Source: Okamejei kenojei (lineage: Eukaryota). From it: DNA of 64,000 bases. Under the pieces are notes generated by a model that did no database searches, was not told the origin of the DNA, and saw only the letters and a list, made by a program, of their open reading frames with translations. Location of the stretch: positions 39,680,001 through 39,744,000 of the forward strand of contig CM069146.1 in NCBI GenBank assembly GCA_035221665.1. The letters are read 5' to 3'. This document shows, in pieces, positions 35,422 to 48,266 of the stretch (positions are counted from its first letter, which is position 1; every line of letters starts with the position of its first letter). The position numbers and the translations under genes are program-made.

Positions 35422-37330
35422 ATGGAGGTAAGGGGGTCTGGTTCCTCCCAGGCAGTAGCATTTCTTCCTGCACAAGTTGGGGGACGGTTGCGGGCATTTA
35501 GGGGAGCTTGGGATACTATCACCACTGACGCGTTTATTCTACAAAGTGTTCAAGGTTATGTCATAGTATTCATTGATGGTCAACTTCCCCCTACCCAGCA
35601 TGCATCTCATCGAAAATTTACACTCTCTCAAAATGAGATTGAGGCAGGACATGCTGAAATCTTGCGGCTCGCAGCCAAAGGGGTGATTGGCAAAACAACG
35701 CACGAACCCTTGAGTTTTGTGTCCAACATCTTCACAATAACCAAAAAAGATGGCGGGGGGGGGGGGGTGTCGGATTATCATAGACCTAACCGAGTTGAAC
35801 ACTTTTGTACAATATACCACTTTTAAAATGGATACCTTCGAAACAGCTAAGCTTTATGCGGGTACTTCATGGCCTGTATCGATTTAAAAGATGCATACTA
35901 TACAGTGCCCATCACTGAATCGCACAGAAAGTGTCTGAAATTTGTCTGGAAGGGACAGTTTGTGGCAATACAAAGCATTACCCAATGGGCTCACCACAGC
36001 CCCCAGACTATTTACCAAATTAGTGAAACCTATATTGGCCCTCCTCCGACAACAAAATTATATTGTCATGCCGTATTTAGATGATATCCTTATCGTGGGT
36101 CAGACCCTCCAATTGGCTACACAGGCAGTTTACAGCGACCAAATCTTTATTCGAGAAGCTAGGGTTTGTAAACCATCCAGACAAATCCAAACTGCACCCC
36201 TCTCAAATTATGGATTACCTGGGTTTCACCCTTGACACAACCTTAATGATGATCACTATCCAACCAACAAAGCTATCGCCATAAAAGAAGCGTGCCACAG
36301 CCTTGCTTGCGCCAGGGTTCCGACTATCTGGCAAACGGCAAAGGTGATTGGGAAGCTGGTAGCTTACATTCTCGGCTGCGCAATTCGGCCCGTTACATTA
36401 CCAAATTTACAAAGAACAAAGATCGCAGCATTAAAAGCAAATGCTTGGACACTTTGATCGACAATTCCGGTTGCACACAACAGGTTTAGAGCTGAGCCAC
36501 AATGGTGGATGACAATATTAGTGAGTGTCACAGAGACCCATCATTGTTAGCAACCCATCCATCGTGCTACAGATGACGCAAGCGCACAAGGCTGGGGTGC
36601 AAGTGACACCATGTCCAGTTGTGGTGGCAGATGGGACTCTCACGAGTCTACCCTCCTCCAGTCACAAGGGATAAATTATCTGGAGATGTTAGGGGCTTTC
36701 CATGGACTACGGGCTTTACTGTACTAACTCACGGGACTTACATGTCCGCCTCCAAATAGATAACACAACGGTGGTGGCTTATATCAATCATATGGGTGGT
36801 ATCAGGTCGTTATCTTGTGATGAATTGGCAAACACAATTTGGCACTGGTGCATCGAGAGAAATATTTGGATTACAGCGACCTATTTGCCAGGGAAGCTCA
36901 ATACAGTGGCGGACACCAGGTCACGAGTGTTCAATGACAACATCGAGTGGATGTTGAACCCCCAAATTTTTGCTGAGATTATAGCTCACTATGGGACACC
37001 AGATATTGACTTCTTTGCATCCAGGTTGAACCATCAGATACCAACGTATGTGTCTTGGGAACCAGACCCTGGGGCAATAGCTATGGATGTCTTTTCTATC
37101 CATTGGGTGAAATGGTTTTGCTACACATTTCCCCCATTCTGCCTCATCAGTTGGGTATTGCAGAAAATTAAACTGGATTCTGCAACTGGCATATTGATCA
37201 TTCCGACTGGCCTACACAGCCATGGTACCCGATAGTCCTCAAAATCTTGAAACATTCATGGCTTCTGATTGGTAAACACCCCAAATTAATTACTAACCCC
37301 ATTACGGGGGACAGTCACCCGTGCCATGGT
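35422..37330 (+). pseudogene. pol: DIRS RT / RNase H / N6-adenine-methyltransferase-like ORF, frameshifted
   Basis: VGGRLRAF..AW; IDLKDAYY; YKALPNGLTTAPRLFTK; YLDDIL; LGF; DAS..GWG; INYLEM; IDNTTVVAYIN; YLPGKLNTVADTRSR; DIDFFASRLN...YTFPPF. Confidence 0.92.
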
Positions 37331-37344
37331 CACCGAAACATGTT

Positions 37345-38317
37345 GGCCTGCAGGTTCTAAAAAGGCCGCTCGTCAAGGCCGGCATCTCACCACGAGCCAT
37401 GGAACGCATCTCAGCATCATGCCAAGCATCAACCAGGAGGCAGTACCTCACACAGATCAGGAAGTGGGAGGCATTCTGCTCCTGTACCAACATGACTTCC
37501 AACTCGACAACAATCCCTGATGTCCTGGAATTCCTAGCGGGCCTTCATTTCGATTCTGGCCTTAGCTACGGTGCCATCAACAGCGCCATGAGTGCACTGT
37601 GCTCGTACCTGGACTTAGGTATAGGCTCCAACCACCTGGTGTCTAAATTCATGAGGGGAGTGTTTAACACCAACCCTCCACGGCCCAGATAAAACTTCAC
37701 CTGGGACGTAGGGATCGTTCTGACCCTACTGAGGAGCTGGTCTCCTATGACCGAGTTACCACTCAAACAGCTCACCCTCAAAGTGGTGATGCTGATGGCA
37801 CTGACTACAGCTCAACGAGTACGGGCATTACAAAAAGCTGTGGCTGGATAGCATGGTCTCCACCCCTACACAGGTGACTTTCTTTGTCCAGGACCTATTG
37901 AGGCAGCACAGACCTGGGGCTCATGGGCTGCAGTTGGAGTTTCGGGCGTACCCCACTGATGCCACCCTCTGCATAGTCACCCATCTCCACCTCTACATCC
38001 GCATTACATGAACCATCAGGAAGATGGAACAGGGGTTCCTCATCAGCCACAAACCTCCGCATCACCGGGTGACTGTGCAGACTATCGCCAGGAGGCTCAG
38101 GGCGGTGTTGGGTGCAGCAGGAGTCGCTACTAACATTTTTAAATCTCACTCTACTAGGGCTGCATCCACATCAGCGGCGAGGGCCATGGAGGTGCCCATG
38201 GACCACATCCTCGCCACTGCGGGCTGGACTAGTGAAGCAACCTTCCAGAGGCTCTACAACAAACCACTGGTCGCCCCCGAAACATTCGCAGAGGCCGTGC
38301 TGGGAGCCGCTCAGTGA
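37345..38317 (+). pseudogene. DIRS tyrosine recombinase, frameshifted
   Basis: STRRQY...W..FC; SKFMRGVFNTNPPRPR; LMALTTAQRV (catalytic R); FKSHSTRAAS (H-x-x-R); AGW; TFQRLYNKP (catalytic Y). Confidence 0.92.
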
Positions 38318-38487
38318 ATGTTTGTCCCCGGGTTCGGGGTTATTTGTTTATTATTATTTGTGCAATAAATATGCATTATTTTTCAGCCTGTTCCGACTGA
38401 ACTGCATTAACAGCCTTCCTCCATCAGGATTGTGGCAGTGTGATAGCATGGACATTGTCCAGGGTGTGAAATCACAGAGCTTTGAAA

Positions 38488-38597
38488 TCTTCACAAAGTC
38501 ACTCATGTGACTCCGAAATAAAATAGTAAGATTAAACGAGAACTTACCAAGTTCGAAGGTTGATCTTTATTTTATGAGGAGTTGTGGTGAGGGATTT
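38488..38597. repeat. DIRS internal complementary region (ICR)
   Basis: The first half is the reverse complement of 33443-33479; the second half is the reverse complement of 38744-38819. Confidence 0.93.
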
Positions 38598-39324
38598 TGT
38601 GCCCTCCGCTCCCACCATCTATCATAAGGTGAACTGGTATGTTCTACGTTCTTCATCTTACTATTTTCAGTCATGTTTGGTTCTGTGATTCCACACCGCT
38701 GCTTTGAAGGATGTCGCGCATGCGTGCTGGCGGGGTCTTCACGAAATCCCTCACCGCAACTCCTCATAAAATAAAGATCAACCTTCAAACTTGGTAAGTT
38801 CTCGTTTAATCTTACTATTAAAGTTGTTATCCTTCATGTGAGGCATTAATCTACTTCACCATCTGTTCCAGGCATTCACGAGGAGACAATTTAGATCTTG
38901 CATGCTACACGAAGAAAATAATGTGCTCACACAGTGCCTTGGTCACTGTGAACATAATTGAAACAAGAGGAAATTAGCCTGTGTAATGTAAGGATTAAAC
39001 AATGTGAGCTAAAATGGAGTTGTCAGCTAAACTGGCAGCACCACATTTCAAACCTTGCTTAGGAAAACAAGTAGATGTCTTTGAACAATGCTTGGGCTAA
39101 TTCAAATGGACCAGTATATCACGAGAACACCTGCAAGGTCACTAAGATAAGCTTTTCTCTCCTAGAGACATCCAAGACTAGCTTGGTGTCTGATAGGACA
39201 CATAACACACGCCATTATGTTACCAAGGAGGATAGCTAGTTTGACACATCATCACTAGAGATAACAATTATTATATAAATACATGCTTCTACCATGAGAG
39301 AATGAGCTTCATTTTCGGGGAGAA

Positions 39325-39466
39325 NNNNNNNNNNNNNNNNNNNNNNNNNNNNNNNNNNNNNNNNNNNNNNNNNNNNNNNNNNNNNNNNNNNNNNNNNNNN
39401 NNNNNNNNNNNNNNNNNNNNNNNNNNNNNNNNNNNNNNNNNNNNNNNNNNNNNNNNNNNNNNNNNN
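39325..39466. other. Assembly gap (hides the Tx1 5' junction)
   Basis: Run of N. Confidence 1.
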
Positions 39467-39972
39467 GCTCTGCGGTTGAGAAGGATTGAAGCAGCCTTTC
39501 AAGGATTTTGCTGTTGGAGAAGGAACAGAGGCAGAGGGGCTTCATAGTTTAACTTATCGTTGGGCTGTTGAAGCTTTCCTCTGGTCTAGGATTCCTCTAC
39601 TAGTGCGAAAATTCCTGAGTTTTCTCTACATTGTCGAGGGTGCGGTTGTCGTTGGCGGACTGCCAAGAGTGCCTGGAGATCGAGGGCACGAAGATTGCGG
39701 TGTCTTTGTCTTTTTTGCACCGTTTCTCTGCCCTAAATTCATTTTGCACAGTGCGGCTGCCTGGCTTAATGTGAAGAAGGTACTTTTGCTTCTGGCTCGA
39801 CTGGGATAGAGCTTCCCAAAAGCTGCTCTCGGCTGTGGACGAACTTGGGGACTTTCCTGCTTCAGCTGGAGGTTTCTGCTTTCTGCTGCCTGTCTTTGAC
39901 TGTGACTGTCTCTGGAACTTAACTTGGAGCTGAGCTGCTGGGGTGCCTGGAGCTGGTTTGTGCCTCTGTCAG

Positions 39973-42325
39973 GATGGCGATGGCTGGGGCGCGGCTGAAG
40001 GACCGGACATACGCAGCGGTGGCAACAGTGAGGCCATCTGAGCATGAACCTCATGTTTGACTTGGATTGGGACGGGTTTGGTATCTCGGTTCAAACTGGG
40101 CCTATGATGTCCAGGGGAGACATTACAAAGGCCTTGAATGAATTTCTTGGGAGGGGAGCTATTGTCTCTCCGAGCTCGAAAGAGGAAAGGTGGAGGTGAT
40201 ACTAAAGACCCGGGAGGGTGTGGCCCAAGCATTGGAGCTGGGGGGTTTCAGTGAGGGGGTCCACATACAGGTGGATCCGTGGGTATCCAGGGTGAGACCG
40301 TTCTCCTGCGGAGTTGCCCCACATGTATTCCAGACGCATCACTTATTCCACACCTGTCTAAGTTTGGGGAGGTGCGGTCTAAGTGCTTTAGGCTCATGCA
40401 CCCTGGGGGGGACCCAGAGGAAAAAGGGGTCTTCAGTTTCAAGAGGAGGGTGTTCATGAAGGTGGGTGAGGGGGATGGCGCTGAGGGGAGTTTCGAGGTG
40501 GAGTATAGGGGTCTCCCTAGAACCGTGCGTTGGAGTTGGGGAAAGGCACGGTGTCATGCGTGCGGCGAATTTGGACATCTGCGTAGGGAGTGTCCTATTC
40601 GCGGGGTCACTGCGAGAAGTTCTAGCGCAGCGGCCCAGGGATGCGCTGCTGGCCCATCCGGCGTGGCTCGTCAAACCTCAGTGGCGCGGGTGGTACTGCT
40701 GACCCGGCTAGGGCTGCCAGCTCTGCCTCGGTGATCCAGGGCGGCAGTAATAGCCCATCTGGGCCTGCAGGTTCTGCCTTGGGGACCCAGGGCAGCGATA
40801 GCCCCCGCCCCCCATGTCTTGAACCTGTGATGGCGGCTGAAGGCGGGGCACAGGGGGAGGGGGTGAGGAAGGGGGCAAGTGGGAGGAGCAGAGGCAGGAG
40901 AAGAAGAAGGACAGGAGAAAGTCCGCCCGAGCGAGTCAAACGGGATCGGGTGTGCACCTGCCGAGTTCTGATACCACCCAAGGGGTGCCTGCCAGCTCCA
41001 GTGTGGTGCAGTTTGCACCTGTCGTGGTCCAGCAAGGAGCTGAGGTGGTTCAGACGGGGCAGGGAAGCTAAAACGTGCAGGTGGTAAAGTGGCTGGGGAT
41101 AGTGTGGAGGCCGAAGACACTTCTGTTATGGAGGTCACCATACTGCCACATGCTAGCGGGACAAAAAGGAGATTAGTGCCTGGCGAGGAAGAGCAAGGGC
41201 GTGGTCCAAAGTGAGGGGGATGTCTTTCTCCAGACCTTCCACCACTGATGTGGTTGGTGGTCTTGAACAGGTGTCCTCCGGGTCGGAGGTTGGGCCTCTA
41301 TCTCAGGGATCTTCCGCGAGTATTATAAGACCATGTGATGCGGTTGACTCCTCTGGTGGTGTGTCCTCAGAGCGGGAGGATGCCCCTTCATTTCAGGGGA
41401 TCTCTGAGGGAGTTATCTCATCGGGTGTTGAGGTTAGCTCCCCTGGGTGTATGTACTCTGGGTCGGAGGAGGTCCCCTCGTTTCAGAGACCTACTGAGGG
41501 TGTTGGCACGCCAGATGATGGGGTTAGCTCCCCTGGTAGTGTGCCCCCTGAGACGGGGGATGAGCAGAGTCAGCCCGAAGGGGGAGGTTCAGGGGCATTG
41601 GTGTACCACTCTGTGCTCCTTATCAGAGCCAATGGAGGTGCTGGGGGGTGTGCTGCCTCTCAGGCTGAGTCGGCAGGGGAGAGTTTAAAGGCAAGAGGAG
41701 ATTCTCTGGTGTTGCCTGTGGAGAGGGTATTCTGGGTGCTGTGGAGGTCGGGGCTGTTTCGGGTCGTGATCCTCCTTCAGTTTTGGAGGGTGCCAGTGTA
41801 TCACAGGCCCTGGGGGTGCCTCTTGTTTTTTCTTCCCCAGGCCCAGACGTGGAGGGTGATGGGAGAGTGCAGGAGCCCAGCCAGTCAGTGGGCTGCTTGT
41901 TGCGGTCAGAGGTGTCGGGACCCTTCCCTGGCATTGATCCTGGGGGTGGTGGCATGCCGGAGGAGGGGGAGAGTGATGGGGCCAGTTTGTGTAGCGGGAT
42001 TAGTGAGAGTTCTGGTTTTTCAATTTTTGATAACGACCCTGGGAGCTGCACTGGTAAGCTTGTTGTTTCAGGTGCGAGTGGGTTGGCCGAGTGCCCAGAC
42101 TCCAAGGCCGTGTATCATGCAACAGTTATCTGTGAGGTGCGAGAGTTCCTAAAAGCAAGTCATACCCTCAGAACAAAAAAGGATGCTGCAAAGAAATGGT
42201 GGGAGGATTGGCCAGCTTTGATTAAGACTCTCGAGGCTATCCTTGGCAACAAGGACAGCGATCTTCCTGACTCTGAGAAGAGACAGTTTGGGGACTTTTT
42301 GGAGTTCCTCAGAGAGAGAGTCTAG
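39973..42325 (+). pseudogene. Tx1 ORF1 (gag-like), frameshifted
   Basis: TYAAV motif, RRM-like segment, CHACGEFGHLRRECP zinc knuckle, long low-complexity linker, and C-terminal helix domain EVREFLKASH...FLEFLRERV*. Confidence 0.85.
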
Positions 42326-42349
42326 GCGGAGTGTGAGGATCTCAATTTA

Positions 42350-45300
42350 GTGTGCCTGCACATTCACAGTAGCTACATTAAATTTAAACGGGAGAGAGTT
42401 TTCGCAGATTTCAGCTTTTATCAGTCCTTAGAGAGGGGAAATTTGCGGTGTGTTTTCTGCAAGAGACGCATACTGTTGTTAGTGATGAACCCACCTGGCG
42501 ACTGGAGTGGGAAGGGGGGGGTCTTACATGAGCCATCTCAGCTCGAACTCGAGTGGGGTGGCCTTTCTGTTGGCCCCGAATTTTCTGCCAAATGTTTTAA
42601 AAGTGCAAGAAGTTGTGCCAGGACGTTTGCTCCATCTGGCCGTGAGCCTGGATGGCATGCCGTTGCATTTCATTAACGTGTATGCCCCTAGCTCCGGCAC
42701 GATGCAGGCCGGCCTACTTCAGGAGGTGACTGCTCTGTTGAGCACAATTGATAGGGGAGAGTGTGTCTTCCTTGGTGGGGATTTTTAATTGCACACTTGA
42801 GGCGCGAGACCGTTCTGGTACTCAGTGTGCCCCTGCTGTAGCGAAGAAGCTGAGAGGGTTGATTGAATCCTTTGAGTTGGTTGATGCCTGGCGGAACCTC
42901 CACCCGGATTCCACTGCTTTTTCGCGGAGGTCTGAGGGTGGTGGTTCCCGCATTGATCGAATATATATATTTCACGAGCGTTTGTTTCCCATGTCTCGGC
43001 GGCCTCAATGCGCTGGGTGCCGTGCTCGGACCACTGTCTGGTGCGTGTGGATTTCAATCCAGCGCGTGCTCGGGCTGGGTCCGCGTACTGCACTTTAACA
43101 ACAGGCTGCTAGAGGATCGGTGTTTCCGGGAAGCATTCAGTCCGTTTTGGGGGAAGTGGAGAGAGAGGCAGAGGTGCTTCTCTTCCTTAGGCAGTGGTGG
43201 GATGTGGGGAAAGCTCACATCCGTCTCTTTTGTAAGGATTATACGTGGGGGTCGACGGAAGGCGGGACTCAGCGGTCGAGAGGCTTGAGAGGGAGATACT
43301 GGACGCAGAGTCTCGTCTGGGTCGGTTTGGTGAAGACTCCTGCGAATGGGGAGAGTTTCAGATGAAGAAGGAAGCATTGAGGAGCCTGCTGCTTGGAGCG
43401 GTCCCGAGGCGCCTACGTGAGGTCGCGGGTCCAGATGCTGCGTGATCTGGACCGAGATTCGCCTTTCTTTTTCTCTCTGGAGAAGGGGCGGGGAGCTCGC
43501 AAACAGCTCGTGGAGCTGCTCGCAGACGACGGCTCCTCTGTCACTGATCCAGAGAGGATCAGTGCCTTGGTCAGGTCCTTTTATGGGTCCCTGTTCACTG
43601 CGGATAGATTCAACAGGGAGGCTCAGCGAGATCTGTGGGAGGGTCTGCCGACTGTAGATAGGGGGGTGGCAGATCTTCTTGATGTCCCCTTATCTTTGGA
43701 GGAGTTGACTCGTGCCCTGCATCAGCTCAGGAGTGGTAAGTCCCCTGGGATGGATGGGCTGACGGTAGAGTTTGTTAGAGCGTTTTTCTGGGATGTTCTT
43801 GGTGGAGATTACATGTTGGTTCTGGGGGAGAGCCTGGTGACCGGGGAGATGCCCCTCTCGTGGCGTAGGGCAGTTGTTGTCCTGCTGCCCAAGAAGGGTG
43901 AACTCCGCTTGTTGAAGAACTGGCGCCCGGTCTCTCTCCTATGCACAGAGTATAAAGTTTGTGCACGGGCAATGGCAAATCGCCTGGGCTCCGTGCTGTC
44001 TCAACTGATTCATCCTGACCATCCCTATACAGTCCTGGTCGGGTCCATTCAGGATAACATCCACCTGGTAAGGGACCTGATTCATCTAGCCCAGGCACTG
44101 GTCAGTCAGCTACTTTTCTGTCTCTTGATCAAGAGAAGGCTTTTGATAGGGTGGAACATGAATACCTTTTCGGGACGTTGCAAGCGTTTGGGTTTGGACC
44201 GCATTTCGTGGCCCGGGTCCGGCTTTTGTACACTGCAGTGGAGTGCCTTGTGAAGGTTAATGGTGCGTTGTTGTCTCCTTTTCATTTTGGGAGGGGGGTC
44301 CGTCAGGGGTGCCCCATGTCGGGTTAGTTATACTCGGTCTGTGTGGAGCCGTTCCTGTGTCTTCTTCGGAGGAGGTTGACAGGCCTGGCCCTACCTGGCC
44401 CGGGGGTGGAGGTGGTTCTTTCGGCGTATGCTGATGATGTACTCCTTATGCTCACTGATCCTGGTGACCTGCGGAGGAGATTTTCTCGGCTGCATCTTCT
44501 GCTAGGATTAACTGGAGTAAGTGTTCTGGACTTTTAGTGGGTCAGTGGCAGGTAGACTCCCTGCCAGAGGAGATGGTAATGTTTGCGTGGAGTACCACGC
44601 ACCTCCTCTATCTGGGGATGTACCTGAGTCCCACTGAGGATGCTTGGCCGGCAAACTGGCGGGAGTTGGAGACGAAAGTGATCGCCCGGTTGGGGCGCTG
44701 GTCAGGCCTGCTTGGAGTTCTTTCCTTTCGTGGGAGGGTGCTGGTCATAAACCAGCTGGTGGCCTCCATGTTATGGTACCGGCTGGCTACTCTTGTGCCG
44801 CCCTCTATTTTTGCAACTGCTTTACAGAAGAAGCTGGTAGATTTCTTTTGGGGTAATAGGAAGCACTGGGTTTCCGCGGCGGTCCTGAGTCTCCCGTTAG
44901 AGGAGGGCGGCCAGTCCTTGGTATGTGTGCGTACCCAGGTGCAGCTCTCCGCCTCAGGACTCTGCGGAGGTACATGTACGTAGAGAACCCACCCAGATGG
45001 CACGCTCTGGCCACGTATTTTTTCCGTTGGGGTCGTTGTCTAAGGGGGGTCTCACGGCTCCCGGTGGCGGGTATCAGTCGACCCGCCCTAAGGGGTTTGC
45101 CTGTCTTCTACCGGGATGTGCTAAGAGTGAGGAATTTGGTTGTTTTCAGCCAGCGTGTTGTTCCACGAGGGGAGGGGGTTGTCGTGGCTGCGGTAGTGGC
45201 CGGTCCTCACCCTGTCATGGCGGGTGTCGAGGAGAGGCGAGTGCCTAGAGTGGTTCTGATAGAGCTTACCCCCGCTCCGTCAGATCTGCTCATCGGGCCT

Positions 45301-46010
45301 AGGATCCGGGATATTTCTCGGGTACCGGTTCCACACAATCTAAGCCACCTTTCTGAGATGACCAGCTTGCCATTTCGTGATGCGAAGAGACGCACACTGT
45401 ACAGGATGCTCCTGCACATTTTGCACCTCCTTACCTTCGTCTCCCGTCCCGATACACCATGGCAGACGGTGTTACCACCTGAAGGCGGGGGAGGTCCTCA
45501 GTGGGGGTCCTTCTATAAGCGAGTTGTTCCCCTTTACATTGGGACCTGGGTGGAGAGTGTTGCACAGAGCGGTGGTATGTAATAAACTTTTGAGTCGGTT
45601 CACGGGCTCGTCTGCCGCATGTATTTTCTGTGGCGAGCAAGAGACCGTGTTCCACGTGTATATGGAGTGTGAGAGGCTACTGCCCCTGTACCAATATCTG
45701 AAGGGGTTGTTCCTCAAGTTCTGGTTGCATTTTAGTCCCACGATTCTAGTGTTCGGACACAAGGCAGGGAGTGGGGAGAGCCGAGTGGGGGGGGGGGGGG
45801 GGGAACTTCCTGTCGTTTTGCTCCTGGGCCTGGCCAAGATGGCCATTCGCGGGTCCAGGCAGCGGCGTCGACGGTCAGGCTAGAGTCGGCTGCCTGCCCC
45901 TTTCCGGTCCTACGTCCGTGCACGTGTGTCCCTGGAGCGGGAACATGCGGTGTCCACGGGGACTCTGGAGGCCTTCCGTGGGCGCTGGTCACCGCGTGGG
46001 GTTCAGTGTA
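42350..46010 (+). pseudogene. Tx1 ORF2 (APE endonuclease-RT-zinc finger), frameshifted
   Basis: VATLNLNG; FLQETH; INVYAP; GGDFN; SRIDRIY; SDH; KSPGMDGLTVEF; KNWRPVSLL; LDQEKAFDRV; GVRQGCPMS; AYADDV; CIFCGEQETVFHVYMEC. Confidence 0.92.
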
Positions 46011-46136
46011 TTGTGAACAATGATTGTATTGTTGTACTATAATGGTTTTATATAGTGCCATTTTTGATTATGGTTTGATGTGTTGTATTATATGATTGTG
46101 TCAAATAAAGTTTTTGAAACATTAAAAAAAAAAAAA

Positions 46137-46153
46137 GAGAGAGAGAGAGAGAG
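46137..46153 (+). repeat. (GA)n microsatellite at the Tx1 3' junction
   Basis: Eight GA units directly after the poly(A). Confidence 0.9.
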
Positions 46154-47167
46154 CGCTTGGTGACAAGAAGACAGGAGACACGAACACGCAGAGGGACTGA
46201 GAGTTATTTTGTATTGTTTCCCCATTGATAGTTGATAGTTTTTCGGTGTTTTACTTGTATTTTGCTTGAATAAATAGTTCTTTGTGCTCTTCACCATGTG
46301 CTTCCTCCATTCAGTGTAGCTACTGCTGCTTGTTGCTGCGGGCACCGACCATGGCTGCCACAGTGTACTGCTCCTTGCTGTTTTGTATGTGTTTGTTTGT
46401 TTGTTTTGTCTGTGAAAACCCCACAAAGATTACTTTCACGAGAGAGGTACTCATAAACATCGGGCATACAGTACCTCCAAACATCGTTCCGGATTTCTCT
46501 CACTTGCTGGATTATTTGGACGTACTCGTTGGCGGGGCTGTGGCTGTGTTCAAGGCCTTGAGACGGAGGAGGACCCGTGGGAAGCGCTCTGGAACACTTA
46601 CCCGACTCCGGCGACGAGGATATTCCGGAGTCGGGTAAGTGTTCCCTCCCGAGCATATTCCTGGCAAACATATGTTCTCTCAATAACAAAGTGGACAAAC
46701 TGCAACTCCTGCGCTGGACAAACAAGGACTTCTCTTGAGCCGCTGCCCTGTGCTTCATCGAGACCTGGCTGTGTGAGTCGACCCCGGACAGCACGCTGTA
46801 ACTGGCTGGCTTCCAACTTCACAGAGCGGACCGTGAAGTGAAGGCAGCGGGGAAATCAAGAGGCAGCAGAATATGCTTCTATACCAACCAGGACTGCTGC
46901 AGCAACATCACGATACTGTCAAATTTCTGCTCTCCCAACCTAGAATCCTTCTTTACAAACTGCAAACCCTTCTACTCTCCGAGGGAATTCAACTCCTTTA
47001 TTCTCGCTGGTGTTTACATCCCCCCTCATGCCTGTGTACGTGAGGTGCAAATGCAACTCGCTGACCAGATAATGAGGGTAGAGAGTGACTTCCCGGACTC
47101 CATGGTCATTGTTTTGGGGGACTTTAACAAAGCTAACCTCAGCCGTGACCTTCCAAAGTACAGACTT

Positions 47168-47912
47168 TGTTAATCCTGGCCAGATTGGAGGGGTTAAGAC
47201 TTTAAAATTGGGTGAAGGCTTCAGAGCTGCTGGGATATTTGGTCAATTTGAAAATGCTCTCTGTGGAACTGGGACAAGCTGGAGAGTGGTGCCAGTTTGT
47301 CTAGAGCATAGATCCAAGCTGCACAAAAAGAATAGGAACATCTGCCGACACTGTCAATTAGGTGCAAAATACATAGGGTGGCTGCAAACCAGACATACAC
47401 ATTGTAAATAATTGTTTCTAATGTTGCAGAGTTTCACTTTGCCAAATGTTGATTGGATGAGGTATTGAGCCTTGCAGATCAGGGTAAATGTTGCTATGTT
47501 TGCTTTCTTGAGAACCCCTGTTTGCATAAAATGTATTAGCTGCTGTATTATTGGGTTAGGGAAATGTCTGTTATGCATGGGGTTAATCGATATCTGCAAT
47601 TGGATTGTAAAGAGACCACCCCCATGTGTTTCAGCCCCTCAAGGTCCGGGGACCTATAAAGGTCCGCTGCCACGAGGTCCTGCGTCAATCTTCTGGGAGA
47701 GCATTAGGACTGCGTGACCTTCTGGAGTGTCTCTGTTTGAGTGAGGCCTAGAGGGCTTGAACATGCAGATATGAGGATTGAACCCATGGTGGTTAGGTAC
47801 AGTAGTTGGAACTGTAATTGTGATTTGTTGAAATAAAGATTAGTTGATCAAGTGCTTGATTCAGTGGTTTTTGACTGAAACTAGACTGGGGGAAAGCTTT
47901 GAGCAATTTACA
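47168..47912 (+). mobile_element. Solo LTR (745 bp; Gypsy or ERV)
   Basis: TGTTAA...TTTACA termini, TATA box (TATAAA ~47655), AATAAA (~47832), and imperfect 4-bp TSD ACTT/TCTT. Its removal restores the Rex1 frame KYRLHVTCP. Confidence 0.85.
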
Positions 47913-48266
47913 TCTTCATGTTACCTGCCCCACCAGAGGAAAGAGAACACTTGACCACTGTTACACGTCAATCAAGAACGCATATCGCTCTGTTCCCCGG
48001 GTGGGTCTGGGTCTCTCTGATCATTGTCCAGTTCACCTTATTCCAACCTACAGGCAGAAACTAAAATTTGCTAAGCCTGTGGTCAGAACAACGAAAAGGT
48101 GGACAAGCAAAGGCACTGAAAACCTACAATCCTGCTTTGACTGGACAGATTGTAATGTGTTCAGGGAAGCAACCACAAGCCTCGATGAGTATACAGACAC
48201 TGTATCGTCAGATGTCAGCTTTTGTGAGGACAGTTGCATTCCAACTAGGACCCGGACCTGGTTCAA

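Larger units (their letters stand above)
33443..38819 (+). mobile_element. DIRS1-type tyrosine-recombinase retrotransposon, structurally complete but frameshifted
   Basis: Left ITR 33443-33505; right ITR 38711-38745 plus a right extension to 38819; ICR 38488-38597 complementary to both termini; ATT at both ends; gag, RT-RNaseH-MT and YR in the canonical order. Confidence 0.95.
39467..46136 (+). mobile_element. Tx1-clade non-LTR retrotransposon, near full length, defective
   Basis: ORF1 with a CCHC knuckle, ORF2 with APE, RT and zinc finger, AATAAA at ~46104, poly(A) at 46124-46136, then (GA)n. Confidence 0.9.
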
